From Candidatus Babeliales bacterium (GTDB lineage Bacteria; Babelota; Babeliae; Babelales; JANWKD01): a DNA stretch of 64,000 bases. The notes beneath the pieces are model-generated. The model saw only the letters and a list, made by a program, of their open reading frames with translations. It was not told the DNA's origin and made no database searches. The stretch lies in assembly GCA_963722075.1 (NCBI GenBank), contig CAVRJM010000001.1, forward strand, positions 960,001-1,024,000, in the 5' to 3' direction. Of the stretch, positions 41,489-52,604 are shown in pieces; position 1 is the first letter of the stretch; the number at the start of each line of letters is the position of its first letter. The position numbers were made by a program, and so were the translations under genes.

Positions 41489-44218
41489 TTAGAATTTCCA
41501 ACGCATTTCTACTTCACCACCATAATCACCCCGTTCATCACGCATACCGCGCAGAGTGATGTCATCAGATAAGAAATACTCAACTTCTAATTTAATATCT
41601 TCAGATAAGCTAAAATTTTTCTGTATCATGCCACGCAACTGATCGTTAACATCAATTTCGATGGTCCCTCGAAAACCACCACGTCCTGATTGATCAGAAA
41701 AACCTGGTATAAAACGGATATGCTTAAACTGTTCTAATAACCCTTTAAAATACCCTTCCAATTTAGTCGCTGATTGCTCCGGACCAAAAATGATATTTTG
41801 CAACTTTTGCATAATCATTGCTGGCATCGCCAGACTTAATGATCCTTCTTCAGTTCCCGCCAGTAATAGGGTAATAATCTGTTCTTCAGTTAAGGGTGGC
41901 GTTGATTCAAAACTAATATGCGGTTGCTGTAACGATCCTTCACAACGCAATGTTATTTGATATTTTCTAATCTTGCCTTTTGCAATAAGCTCAACTAAAG
42001 GATCGTATAATTGATGCGGTAAAAAATGAATACCACAATGCGTAATAGAAAGCGGCCGATAGGGAAATGCTAATGTTCCTTTTTCTAAATATAAACTTCC
42101 CGTGCATTCTGGGTGTTGTAATCTTCCTTGTATAGCAACCGATCCTTGCACTGACGTATCTAAAAAGGATGTTTTCACTTCAATAGGATTTTTCGTTTCA
42201 ATGAATAAATTTAACCAACATTGTTCCTTTAAATCAGTTCGAGAATCAGTTAAATCATTAGTAACTGGTTTACCAAATTGAGCAAAGATATTTTTTTTAA
42301 AATAACCACGATCGATAATTATATTACCCGTTAATTCATTTTTCTTATTTTCATCATATACATACACAATAGTGCCGGAAAAAACAGCAAACAACTCTTT
42401 TTGTAAGGTTAAAAACGCTTTTTTTATAAGACATGGTGCATAAATATAATAGGGAGTTCCATTATTGCGCAAAAGTATATGTGCTCGCGAACAATATAAT
42501 GATCCTTTATCAAGCTCTAAAAGACAATCGTTAAGTACAATTTTTTTAGCTTTAAAATCTGCATGCATTACCGCTTTCAAATTTCTAATCAAACTATAGG
42601 TACCGGGTATGCGTATATTCCCTTCAATTAGTTCTAAAGAAGATTCTACTGATGATTCTTTATAGGTACCTTTTATATGTAAAATGCCTTGGCCCGGAAC
42701 TTTATAATTAAAAAGATGATTGGTAATTTCTTGACCAATACTGAAATCAATAACCCCATTAAACCCTTCTTGATCGCTCATAATTTGTATCAGCGGCTGT
42801 TCTTTTTTTTCATGTACCGTAAAATCTGTTAATGCAAAATGTGGCTGTAAAGTAAAAGAGCCCTTATATTTTTTTTTATTAAATTCACCTTTAATAGAAC
42901 AATCTTTAAAAGTTCCATCAATGGTCCCCTTTATACCATACGCAATTGATTTTGTTATCATATCTCGAGCATGCAATGTGTAGGATCCTGTATAGATCCC
43001 ATCCAACAAAGAAAGCTCAAACCATAATGCTTTTTTTTCAATAACTAATTCATTATGTATGGCAATATCAGCTACATTAGTAGCCTTAAGATAGCCAGTA
43101 CTGGCTTTTTCATCATAGTAACCACCAATATGAGCATCTTTTACATCATCAAAAAAATGATCCGCATGCATCACCCATTTTTGTTTATTATAATCAATAG
43201 CTATTTCTAAAGAGCCTAAAGGAATATTACACAAAGCGATATCGGTACATGTTAAGGATCCATTGAGCGTATCGGATAATTGTATGGTAAAATGACTTGT
43301 AATAGTCCCATTTAATACATCAGGTGCAACAAAAGGTATGAATGATGTTAAATAATGAGCTGGTATTGCTCCAATAACGGTACCATGCACGGCATGCGCT
43401 GTTTTAATCCAATTATAAAACATAAGATGCCACTGCTGATCAGAAGAATTAATAAAGAGCTGACCATTATTATTGCTCCAATGACCTTCAATAATATACT
43501 TTTGATCGTCAATGGGTAAATGCGGGAATAATAAGGTACTATACATATCGAGGCTAATTATATTATTTTTCCAATCGGGAATATCTAAATCAAAATGCCC
43601 CGAAAGAGCAGTACAATATTTCTTGCTATCATAAGTAACTTCACCTTCCATAAAATAAATTTGTAATTTTAACCATCCTTGTACATTGCTATAAGCACCA
43701 TTAAACAGGGTGCTATACGTCATGCTATTAGCACAATTATGTAAAAGAAAAGATCCATTATTAATGGTTAATGTTCTGAGTGTCGCAGGAAATCCTTCTG
43801 CACCAGCAATAAAATTTTGCAAATGCCCCACAATTGCTATTGATGAATGATCAAAGGTAGAATGGGAATCAAGATCATTTAAGGTAACTTCTATATCAAA
43901 TTTATTTTGAAATAAAAATGAAAGCCATGAAAAATGTATCTTAAAATAAGGTGCACGCCATTGCCATTGCCCCTCAGGATCCGTAACACATACTTCCCTA
44001 AGCTCTATGGTACCGGTGAGAACATTCACCCGTGTTACCGTTCCTTCTAAATAACTTTTAAAAGACGTTAAAAAAATCTTCTTTATTTGCAACTCAACAA
44101 AATGAATTACTTGGGGATCAAATTGAAGCAAGAGAAGCGCTATAATCACCGAAGCAAGAAATGATAAAAGCAGAGATCTAACGCATCTAAAGAACACATT
44201 CATGGCATAAGAACCCAA
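41489..44218 (-). CDS. tamB: TamB translocation and assembly module protein
   Basis: N-terminal TM, beta-rich body, P.ISFESTPPLTEEQII.LL.G, C-terminal Phe. Confidence 0.8.
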   Translation of the reverse strand: MGSYAMNVFFRCVRSLLLSFLASVIIALLLLQFDPQVIHFVELQIKKIFLTSFKSYLEGTVTRVNVLTGTIELREVCVTDPEGQWQWRAPYFKIHFSWLSFLFQNKFDIEVTLNDLDSHSTFDHSSIAIVGHLQNFIAGAEGFPATLRTLTINNGSFLLHNCANSMTYSTLFNGAYSNVQGWLKLQIYFMEGEVTYDSKKYCTALSGHFDLDIPDWKNNIISLDMYSTLLFPHLPIDDQKYIIEGHWSNNNGQLFINSSDQQWHLMFYNWIKTAHAVHGTVIGAIPAHYLTSFIPFVAPDVLNGTITSHFTIQLSDTLNGSLTCTDIALCNIPLGSLEIAIDYNKQKWVMHADHFFDDVKDAHIGGYYDEKASTGYLKATNVADIAIHNELVIEKKALWFELSLLDGIYTGSYTLHARDMITKSIAYGIKGTIDGTFKDCSIKGEFNKKKYKGSFTLQPHFALTDFTVHEKKEQPLIQIMSDQEGFNGVIDFSIGQEITNHLFNYKVPGQGILHIKGTYKESSVESSLELIEGNIRIPGTYSLIRNLKAVMHADFKAKKIVLNDCLLELDKGSLYCSRAHILLRNNGTPYYIYAPCLIKKAFLTLQKELFAVFSGTIVYVYDENKKNELTGNIIIDRGYFKKNIFAQFGKPVTNDLTDSRTDLKEQCWLNLFIETKNPIEVKTSFLDTSVQGSVAIQGRLQHPECTGSLYLEKGTLAFPYRPLSITHCGIHFLPHQLYDPLVELIAKGKIRKYQITLRCEGSLQQPHISFESTPPLTEEQIITLLLAGTEEGSLSLAMPAMIMQKLQNIIFGPEQSATKLEGYFKGLLEQFKHIRFIPGFSDQSGRGGFRGTIEIDVNDQLRGMIQKNFSLSEDIKLEVEYFLSDDITLRGMRDERGDYGGEVEMRWKF

Positions 44219-44703
44219 CGGTTCTGATACTCATATTTTCTTATATAAGGCAGTTGCGCACTTGGTATTGTTATTGCATACGCATATTGTTTAGTTGCGT
44301 CAATCAAATATATCGTTCCAGAGCTCATTGATCCATCAGGGAAAAATTGTATTTTATCGTGCACAAAGGTGATCGCTTGATTAATCTTGTGCAACGGTTG
44401 TGAGGGGGGGCCATAACATTCAGGTAAAAAACCAAATCGTATATTATTAGATAATGAATACGTACTTGAATCCACGGTATAACTTTGGCGAGCTTGATTA
44501 AATGTCAGCTTCTGTTCCTTATGAGTTGCTAATGCATATTGACGCAAATAGTAACAAACCATAGCCAATTTTTCTACTTCTGATTTAAGTACCGTGTTAT
44601 TTAAAAATGAAAGACTTGGTAACGCTAATCCTATAATAACCATGATAAGCGTAATAACTATGAGAAATTCCATGAGAAAAAACCCCTGCTTAGCAGTTAT
44701 CAC
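44200..44703 (-). CDS. Pseudopilin / minor pilin (GspH/FimT-like)
   Basis: Prepilin site KQG|FFLME, then a hydrophobic helix; FFPDG. Confidence 0.8.
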   Translation of the reverse strand: MITAKQGFFLMEFLIVITLIMVIIGLALPSLSFLNNTVLKSEVEKLAMVCYYLRQYALATHKEQKLTFNQARQSYTVDSSTYSLSNNIRFGFLPECYGPPSQPLHKINQAITFVHDKIQFFPDGSMSSGTIYLIDATKQYAYAITIPSAQLPYIRKYEYQNRWVLMP

Positions 44704-44715
44704 TTTTTTTCCCTT

Positions 44716-46446
44716 TTATTCTGGTTGATCCTCTTCGCTGGTGGCTACGCGCAACACTTCTTCCGGCGTTGTTAATCCTTCAGCAATTTTGGCAATACCA
44801 TCCTGAATTAAAAGTGTCATACCGTCAGCAATCGCCTGGCGTCTAATTACCGATGCATCAGCCTTTTCTATAGTAAGCTTAGCCACTTCACTGCTCATTT
44901 CCATTACTTCAAATATAGCAAGCCGCCCCTTATAGCCATTAACACATTCCTCACACGCCACTGGTTTATAAAAAGTAATTTTAGCTGCTTTTTCTTTACT
45001 TAATCCAAGCAAACGTAATACTTCATCATCAGGAGTGTATGGTTGTTTTGATTTTGGGCATAAGCGACGTACTAAACGTTGCGCCAATACACTCACCACT
45101 GAAGAAGCAATTAAGAATGGTTCAATTCCCATATCGATTAATCGGGTAATACTGGCAGGCGCATTATTAGTATGTATCGTTGTTAGTACTAAGTGCCCCG
45201 TAAGTGCCGCTTGGATAGCAATTTGCGCTGTTTCTTGATCGCGCGTTTCACCAATCATAATAATATCTGGATCTTGCCGTAAAATAGAACGTAAAGCAGC
45301 AGCAAAAGTTAAACCAATTTTAGCATTCACTTGCACTTGACCAATACCCGCCATTTGATATTCAACAGGATCTTCCACCGTAACCACGTTAACTTCAGGT
45401 TTATTTAAGCGGCTTAAAATTGAATATAACGTCGATGTTTTACCAGACCCAGTAGGACCTGAGACCAATATAATACCGTTAGCACGCGCTGTGCTTTTAG
45501 TGATCACCTCAAAATCACGTTTACTAAATCCAAGTTGTTCAAGAGCCCCAAATGTTTTTGATTTATCAAGAAGTCGCATTACAATTCGTTCACCAAAAGT
45601 GACCGGCAATACCGAAACACGAATATCGATTGCTTTATCGGCAACTTTAATTTGAATTCTCCCATCTTGCGGCAATCGCTTTTCAGCAATATTAAGATTT
45701 GCCATAATTTTTATTCGCGAAGATAATGCTGCTTGCACCCGTTTAGGAGGCGTAAATGCTGGATACATAATACCATCAATTCGATAACGAACACGCACTT
45801 CTTTTTCATACGGTTCAATATGAATATCTGAAGCGCCGCGCTTAACTGCCTGCACAAAGATATGATTTACTAATTTGATTATGGGCGCTTCACCAGCCAT
45901 AGTAAGGATATCTTTTTCTTCGATCTCCTCAAATTCCATAGCCTCAGGCATTCCCTTTTCTTCTTCAAGCTCCTCAATCATCTGCTTGGTACCCTCAAGC
46001 GGATAATAGCGATTGATTCCTTCTATAATAACCTCTTTGGTTGCAACAGCCCGCTGCACATCACCGCCCAACAGCATCGTCAGCTCGTCAAGCGGTTGAA
46101 AGAGCGTAGGATTTGAAGTAATTAAGGTTACTGCACCGTTATACATAACCGGCATAATACTATTTTGCCGTAAAAATTTAAGCGGAATTCTACCAAGTAA
46201 GGCCGGATCAGCCATTTTTTCAGTAATTTTTTCTATAAAGGGAAGTCCTGTTTGCTCTGCATAGGCACGGGCAATATCCTCATTGGTTACAAACTGATGC
46301 TCTACTAAACAATCCGCCATTGATTGCCCCGTAGTGCTTATTTTGGCGGAGCACTCTTTTATTTGATCCTGACTTATAATACCCCGATCAAGTAAAATCG
46401 TTATTATATCTTTTTTAATTACCATATTTGATCTTTCAACCGACAA
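44716..46446 (-). CDS. gspE: T2SS/T4P assembly ATPase (GspE/PilB)
   Basis: ASDIHIEP, GPTGSGKT, EDPVEY, LRQDPD, AALTGH. Confidence 0.92.
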   Translation of the reverse strand: MSVERSNMVIKKDIITILLDRGIISQDQIKECSAKISTTGQSMADCLVEHQFVTNEDIARAYAEQTGLPFIEKITEKMADPALLGRIPLKFLRQNSIMPVMYNGAVTLITSNPTLFQPLDELTMLLGGDVQRAVATKEVIIEGINRYYPLEGTKQMIEELEEEKGMPEAMEFEEIEEKDILTMAGEAPIIKLVNHIFVQAVKRGASDIHIEPYEKEVRVRYRIDGIMYPAFTPPKRVQAALSSRIKIMANLNIAEKRLPQDGRIQIKVADKAIDIRVSVLPVTFGERIVMRLLDKSKTFGALEQLGFSKRDFEVITKSTARANGIILVSGPTGSGKTSTLYSILSRLNKPEVNVVTVEDPVEYQMAGIGQVQVNAKIGLTFAAALRSILRQDPDIIMIGETRDQETAQIAIQAALTGHLVLTTIHTNNAPASITRLIDMGIEPFLIASSVVSVLAQRLVRRLCPKSKQPYTPDDEVLRLLGLSKEKAAKITFYKPVACEECVNGYKGRLAIFEVMEMSSEVAKLTIEKADASVIRRQAIADGMTLLIQDGIAKIAEGLTTPEEVLRVATSEEDQPE

Positions 46447-46612
46447 ATGAAGAACTTTTTATAGAATACTACTGATATGCATCAAGATACCAGATTTTTA
46501 TAAATTATGGTGCAGCATGTTCACTTGCTCGCCCTTTAAACGTATGGTAGTCTATATTATATAGAAAGAGTGTTACACAAATAAATTTCTAATTGCAAAA
46601 ATTAATCCCAAG

Positions 46613-46724
46613 CGTCATCCCGAGCTTGCGTGGGGATCCATTAATAAAATGAATAACCTATTAATGGATTGTTTCGTAAACCCTGTCCGCCGAAGCCCGG
46701 GGCGAAGGCTGGATCGCAATGACA
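46613..46724. repeat. REP-like pair with nested GC hairpin
   Basis: CGTCATCCCGAG..GGATCC and TGGATTG...TCCGCCGAAGC..GCGAAGGCTGGATCGCAATGAC. Confidence 0.7.
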
Positions 46725-46747
46725 TCCACTTATCAAGGTTCTAGTAA

Positions 46748-47629
46748 ATGAGTAAAAACCTCAAAGTACAACAAATTATTACCATTATTTTATTTGCACT
46801 TTTCTTATCTTCCTGCAAAAAAAGTAAATGGGAAATAACGCCAACTTATTATAAATCAAAGTATTCTGAAACTGCTGATAAAAAAGAAAAGCCAGCGCGT
46901 CCTTCGGTCATGAACCGAAACCCACAAAATCTTACCTTTGATGAATTAAAAGTTGCCAAAAATTATGCCCAACAAACCGGTAACAAACGACAGATTATTA
47001 TTTACTTAGAAAATATGGTAAAACAATGCATCGATCCAAATCTATTAAAAGATATCAATTTAGAACTTGCTGATTTGCATTTTGAACTAGGCAACATGGA
47101 ACAAGCTTCTAAATTATATACCGCATACATTAATTTGTTTCCCGGCAGCCCACAACGCGCTTATGTTCATTACCAAGCCATTTTATGTAAATTTTATAGT
47201 ACCTTTACTCCTGATCGGGACCAAACGCGAACTGAAGAAACATTCAAATTAACACAATTATATTTAGATGTTGTAGGTAAACAAGATGAGTTATATAAAG
47301 AATATGCCGATGAAGTAAGCTCAATACAAAAACAATGTTGCAAAAAATTATATGATCATGAAAAGGATATTTTTAACTTTTATTTCAAAAAAAGAAACTA
47401 CAAAGCAGCACAAGTGCATTTAGATGAAATGAAAAAAACATTTATTGCACTTATGAAATCAGACGTAGAGCCTGAACTTATTGCGTTAGAATGTTCCTTA
47501 GCTACCAAACAAGGAAATAATCAATTATTTGAACTCAAACAACATGAGCTGATTACTAAATATCCACACCAGGCTACTATAACCTTAGCAGCAAACCTTC
47601 CTAAAACTGATCATGTCACTCGCTTCTAG
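46748..47629 (+). CDS. bamD: Outer membrane protein assembly lipoprotein BamD
   Basis: Lipobox LSSC, TPR-like helices, FPGS, DRDQT. Confidence 0.8.
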   Translation: MSKNLKVQQIITIILFALFLSSCKKSKWEITPTYYKSKYSETADKKEKPARPSVMNRNPQNLTFDELKVAKNYAQQTGNKRQIIIYLENMVKQCIDPNLLKDINLELADLHFELGNMEQASKLYTAYINLFPGSPQRAYVHYQAILCKFYSTFTPDRDQTRTEETFKLTQLYLDVVGKQDELYKEYADEVSSIQKQCCKKLYDHEKDIFNFYFKKRNYKAAQVHLDEMKKTFIALMKSDVEPELIALECSLATKQGNNQLFELKQHELITKYPHQATITLAANLPKTDHVTRF

Positions 47630-47996
47630 CTACCAGATTAATAAAAAGCTTGGTAATGAAGGAGAACAAGCCGTTGGCAAATGGTTAGAAAAAAAAGGAT
47701 TTACGATTCGTGCTTATAATTATAAATCGCGAACCGGTGAAATTGATATTATTGCCTACTATAAAGATATCGTTGCTTTTGTAGAAGTTAAAGTACGAAC
47801 CACTGAGTATTTTAATAATTCATTAGTGGTAAATCACACTAAGCAACAAAAAATTATAAAAACGGCACTCTTTTTTTGTGCAACTGAACGTATTACTGAT
47901 AAAGTGTTACGTTTTGATGTGGCATTATTAAAACCAATTAGCAGCACCTTTGAAATTACGTATATTGAAAATGCGTTTACTCAGAAGGAATGGTAA
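47613..47996 (+). CDS. yraN: YraN family (UPF0102) endonuclease-like protein
   Basis: G.EGE, GEIDII, FVEVK.R, RFDV. Confidence 0.92.
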   Translation: MSLASSYQINKKLGNEGEQAVGKWLEKKGFTIRAYNYKSRTGEIDIIAYYKDIVAFVEVKVRTTEYFNNSLVVNHTKQQKIIKTALFFCATERITDKVLRFDVALLKPISSTFEITYIENAFTQKEW

Positions 47997-48097
47997 TATA
48001 ATTAATGGATCCTTATCCTTTTTTTTCCAAGGGCATTCGCTGAAAAGTCATCATAACTAGCCTTATGTTCAAAGCCGAAAAATATATATGTAGAAAA

Positions 48098-48407
48098 CCG
48101 TCGTTGCGATCCAGCCTTCGCTCGAAGAGCTTTGGAGGAGAAGCAATCCAGGCAGCATTATAAACTTTCATTCAGATCAGAATTAAACTTACCAATTTAT
48201 TTACTTCTTGATAGATTTGCTTGTAGAGAAAATTAATTAAATTTATTATTTAGTATCGATTTCATTTATTTTAACCTGGATTGCTTCTCCGCCGAAGCTC
48301 TTCGAGCGAAGGCTGGATCGCAACGACGTACATTTGTAAATTTTTATCAATTGAGCGATATTTTATTGATAAACCTTTGTCATTCCGAACGAAGTGTGGG
48401 AATCCAT
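48098..48407. repeat. REPIN-like inverted pair with nested hairpins, plus one further REP
   Basis: 48098-48153 is the near reverse complement of 48275-48327; TGTCATTCCGAA..GAATCC at 48378. Confidence 0.8.
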
Positions 48408-48428
48408 TAATAAAATAAAATCAAAATT

Positions 48429-49097
48429 ATGAATTACACCGAACTTAAAAAAAGAATAATCACCGGAAGCTTAATTGGCACCACGCTTAGTTCAATTTTC
48501 TTTTTCTTACCACCAACTTTCACTACCATCCTTTTACTAAGTTGCTTAATCGAAATCCTCATTTTCGAAATGCCACGTCTTCTTAATTACCAAAAAATCA
48601 GCTCATGGATTTTTACGATCTTTTACCCCATTTTTCCCTTTTATTTACTTATTACCTTAAATCAATCTAATCAACGAATGTTATTACTATTTATTTTTGT
48701 AGTTACTTTTGCTCATGATATAGGTGCTTATTTTGCAGGCAATTTTTTTGGCAAACATAAATTGCTCCCTTCGGTAAGCCCTAAAAAAACATGGGAAGGT
48801 TTTGTAGGCGGCATTATAGCCGTATTTATAATGGTGGTTGTTTTTTACAAAGCATCTTTTGTAGCACTTATTTTAGGATCTCTGGCAATCGCCTGCGCAG
48901 CAACCATTGGTGATTTATTTGAATCATGGCTAAAACGGAAAGCAAGTATTAAAGATACGGGAACATTACTACCAGGACATGGTGGATTATTGGATAGGTT
49001 TGATAGTATCTTGTTTGTCGCAATAATTATATATTTTCTGCATTATTATTATTTTGATTTTGCAAGTCCGGTATTTTTCTCGCCAAAAATACCGTAG
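48429..49097 (+). CDS. cdsA: Phosphatidate cytidylyltransferase
   Basis: SPKKTWEG, GDLFESWLKR, KDTG..LPGHGGLLDRFDS. Confidence 0.95.
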   Translation: MNYTELKKRIITGSLIGTTLSSIFFFLPPTFTTILLLSCLIEILIFEMPRLLNYQKISSWIFTIFYPIFPFYLLITLNQSNQRMLLLFIFVVTFAHDIGAYFAGNFFGKHKLLPSVSPKKTWEGFVGGIIAVFIMVVVFYKASFVALILGSLAIACAATIGDLFESWLKRKASIKDTGTLLPGHGGLLDRFDSILFVAIIIYFLHYYYFDFASPVFFSPKIP

Positions 49098-49168
49098 ACA
49101 AAAAGGCGCCAACATGCTGTTGGATTGCTTCGCTCCGGATGACAAATGAAATAAATGATATAAGAATT

Positions 49169-50425
49169 TTATCTCTTTAAATAACTTACTAATGCAGTTT
49201 GATCAATCAGTTCTTCACTACCTGTTATCATATCTTTAACCATAACCTTACGCGCTTCTTGTTCTTGAGAACCAATAAGTAATACATACCGCGCTCCCAT
49301 CTTATTTGCTTTGCGCATCATACTTTTGAGCGAATCATCTTCCAGCATAATATCAACACAGAGCTGCTGCGCTTGCAATTCATCAGCAAGTAATAACGCC
49401 AATGAATGCTGTTCCTTACTTAAAGGAATTATTATATGTAAGGTAGGAGGCATTTCCAATGGTAACTGGGCCATCATTGGCTCAAGTAATAATGTTAACC
49501 TCTCTATACCAATTGACGCACCAACGGCAGGAACATCAGTAGGTGCACCCAATTGTGTAGCAAGCCTATTATAACGTCCACCCCCACAAAATGCTCGTTG
49601 CGCTCCTAAATTATCACTGACAAATTCAAAGACTGTTTTATCATAATAATCAAGACCACGTACCAAATAAGGAGAATAACTAAAAGAAATGGAAAGAATA
49701 TGTAACTGATCTTGCAGCCGATGCCATTCAGCCTCACATTCTTTGCATAAATTATCGGCAATGCGTGGCGCGTTCTCATACAATACTCTACAGGTAGCAA
49801 CCTTACAATCAAAAACGCGCAAAATATTATGTTCTTTGCGAAGTAAGCAATCAGCGCACAATTGTTCTTGAACATTATTTAAAAATTCATACAATTTTTT
49901 TTTAAAGCGCTGACGATCATCAAAACACCCTAAATAATTAATTAATAACGCATACACATCAAGCTTAAAAGCTTCTTGAAATAACCGATCGAGCATTTTG
50001 ATAAGTTGCACATCCTGCGCAACAGATTCCGATGCAATAACTTCATAAGTAACTTGATGGAATTCACGAAACCGCCCTTTTTGAGGACGTTCATGGCGAA
50101 ACATCGGTCCAATGGAATATACTTTCCATGGTGTGGTTAGTTGCTCTTTATGTTCTAGATAGGTGCGCATCGTTGGCGCGGTTGCTTCAGGCCGTAAACA
50201 TAAAGAATCTGGTTGGGTTGCGTCACCAATAATAAACATCTCCTTGCTTACCACGTCAGTCTGTAAACCCAATGAGCGTTTAAAAAGCTCCGTATGCTCT
50301 AAAATAGGAGTTTCAATTTGATTAAAATGATAATAAAGCGCATGCTGATGAATTATTTTTTGAACATATGAAACTAAACGAAAATCTAAAATGTCGTGTG
50401 TCCCTTTTACGCGCGAAATCATCAT
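49169..50425 (-). CDS. hisS: Histidine--tRNA ligase
   Basis: LRPEAT, FRHERPQKGRFREF, LVRGLDYY, GGGRY. Confidence 0.97.
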   Translation of the reverse strand: MMISRVKGTHDILDFRLVSYVQKIIHQHALYYHFNQIETPILEHTELFKRSLGLQTDVVSKEMFIIGDATQPDSLCLRPEATAPTMRTYLEHKEQLTTPWKVYSIGPMFRHERPQKGRFREFHQVTYEVIASESVAQDVQLIKMLDRLFQEAFKLDVYALLINYLGCFDDRQRFKKKLYEFLNNVQEQLCADCLLRKEHNILRVFDCKVATCRVLYENAPRIADNLCKECEAEWHRLQDQLHILSISFSYSPYLVRGLDYYDKTVFEFVSDNLGAQRAFCGGGRYNRLATQLGAPTDVPAVGASIGIERLTLLLEPMMAQLPLEMPPTLHIIIPLSKEQHSLALLLADELQAQQLCVDIMLEDDSLKSMMRKANKMGARYVLLIGSQEQEARKVMVKDMITGSEELIDQTALVSYLKR

Positions 50426-50464
50426 AGTAACCTTATAAAATTAAAATTTTCGACTTATTTATTC

Positions 50465-50547
50465 ACTGGATTCTTACGCTACCGCCCAGAATGACATTCC
50501 TGTCCATCGTCATCCTGAGGAGTCGGAAGACGACGTGAGGATCCAGT
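50465..50547. repeat. REP-like palindrome doublet
   Basis: ACTGGATTC...CAGAATGAC and GTCATCCTGAG...GGATCCAGT. Confidence 0.75.
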
Positions 50548-50961
50548 AAGTATAAATGATACATTTTTTATAAATGGATCCAACCTTCGTTAAAACTACA
50601 AAGCACTATCATTTCTCAAGATCGCAATGAAAGCACTGTCTCAATGCAAGTTTTGAATAGAATTTTATAGCTTTTCCCTCCAAAACTCAATAGATGTCAG
50701 TTTATCAAATAAAAATTTTTTTACATTTTTTTAAAAAAATAGTTGACTTACTTTTATATAAATTGATAAAACACAGTTCAAAGAGGTGTAATCAAGGCTA
50801 AAAAAAGGAGAGCTGCCTATGAAATAGATTGATAGCTCACTTAAAAACGAACAAAAAAAAAGAAAAAAAACAAAAAATATTGACTCATGTTAGTTAAAAT
50901 TGTTATGAAAAAGAGAAATAAGTAACGGTAGTTTATTTTAACACTTCAAAAAGGAGTATTT

Positions 50962-52584
50962 ATGAACAAAAAACTGCTCAAGGTCAGTTTACTTGCGCTG
51001 GGGGCTGTCTTTATGCCTGCCATTAATGGCGCAAGCGTAATAGATGACACCGGAGACAATGGCAAATATAATGGCGACGTAAGTGGCCATACCTTCTTAT
51101 CAGTTCGTCCTCAATTTCAAAGCGGTATGCCAGAAAAAGAATCACTCTGGCGCAGAAGAGCAACCCCTGGCCCATGTGGTTTAGGTCGTGATTGCGGATG
51201 GGGTGGCGCAGTTCAAGTAGTTGGTTTTGGTGGCCAATCCAATAAATCAGCACGTCTTGGCGAATTCTTCATGTATGGTGGTTCTAATCAACTCTTTGTA
51301 AGTTCAAATCAAGAACTATTCCCTCAAATAGATCCTGCTAACTTTGGTCTTTTTGCTGTTACTCCTGACACTCAATATAGCAGTACTATCCAATTTAATC
51401 CACGTGAAAGCGATGGTGGTGTTGGTTTTGAATGGCGTCAATATTTAGGATGCGTTTCTGAATGCGCAGGCAACTGGTGGTTTGACATCTCATTCCCGGT
51501 AGTACAAATAAGCAACCGCGTTACCCTAACAGAATTAAATAGAACTGTTTCAGGGGCCGGTGATTTTGAAGCCGGAAGCGCTACCAGTATGATCCAAGCA
51601 TTCCAAGGCACTGTCCCTTTTGATTTTCTTAATCCAGAAGGAAGTCATTCAGTTGGGCCTATGCTCTATGGCCTTATTCCAAGCCCTACCGGTTATTTAA
51701 GAAAATCGGGCGTTGCTGATCTTGAACTTAAAATTGGCTATGATGCATTATGCACTGAGTGCTGTTTCATTAATGGCTATGTAGGTGTGTTAGTACCAAC
51801 GGGCAACAGACCTAAAGCAAAATACATTTTTGAACCAATTGTTGGTCATAACCATCACGTAGGATTCCTCTTTGGTAGTGCTATGTTCTATGATTGTTGG
51901 TCAGATTGCGATAGAAACTTAACCTGGGAAGTTGCATTTGATAGCAGATACTTATTCAGTGGGCATGAAACCCGTTCATTTGATTTAAAATATCGTCCAT
52001 GGAGCCGTTACCTCTTAGTATACGCAAGCGCTGCTGATGCCGTTGCAGGTATAGTATCTCCTGGTATCAACTACTTCACGCAAGAATTTAAAGTTACGCC
52101 ACGCTTCTATACCACAATAGATACTTCCCTCGTATATACTTCAATGTGCGGACTTCAAGCGCAAGTTGGTTGGAACTTCTGGGCACGCGAATCAGAAAAA
52201 CTTAAACTCAAAAATCCATTCCCTAATGGTATAGCAGTTGCAGCATTAAATTCAGGAAACGAACAACTGCCAAATGCAACCAACCTCTTAAGTAATATTG
52301 GTAATAATAATGGTTGTGCGACGCCTGGTGTAATATGTACCGGCCAAGTTTCTCTTCCAACCGTTTATGGTATATCAACCACTCTTAACTCCTCAAACAT
52401 TGATTTTGCATCCGCAACAAACCCTGCAGTTATTTCTAATATAATTTATGGTACGGTTGGCTATGACTTTGATATTTGCTGTTATCCTACGTTTGCTGCT
52501 GTTGGTGGTTCATATGAATTCCCAGCAGTTAATACAGCGCTTACTCGTTGGAAAGTTTGGGGTAAGGTAGGTATTTCATTCTAA
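50962..52584 (+). CDS. Cysteine-rich putative outer-membrane beta-barrel protein
   Basis: Signal peptide, amphipathic beta strands, C-terminal WGKVGISF beta-signal. Confidence 0.65.
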   Translation: MNKKLLKVSLLALGAVFMPAINGASVIDDTGDNGKYNGDVSGHTFLSVRPQFQSGMPEKESLWRRRATPGPCGLGRDCGWGGAVQVVGFGGQSNKSARLGEFFMYGGSNQLFVSSNQELFPQIDPANFGLFAVTPDTQYSSTIQFNPRESDGGVGFEWRQYLGCVSECAGNWWFDISFPVVQISNRVTLTELNRTVSGAGDFEAGSATSMIQAFQGTVPFDFLNPEGSHSVGPMLYGLIPSPTGYLRKSGVADLELKIGYDALCTECCFINGYVGVLVPTGNRPKAKYIFEPIVGHNHHVGFLFGSAMFYDCWSDCDRNLTWEVAFDSRYLFSGHETRSFDLKYRPWSRYLLVYASAADAVAGIVSPGINYFTQEFKVTPRFYTTIDTSLVYTSMCGLQAQVGWNFWARESEKLKLKNPFPNGIAVAALNSGNEQLPNATNLLSNIGNNNGCATPGVICTGQVSLPTVYGISTTLNSSNIDFASATNPAVISNIIYGTVGYDFDICCYPTFAAVGGSYEFPAVNTALTRWKVWGKVGISF

Positions 52585-52604
52585 TATAAAAAGGAATATA
52601 AATT

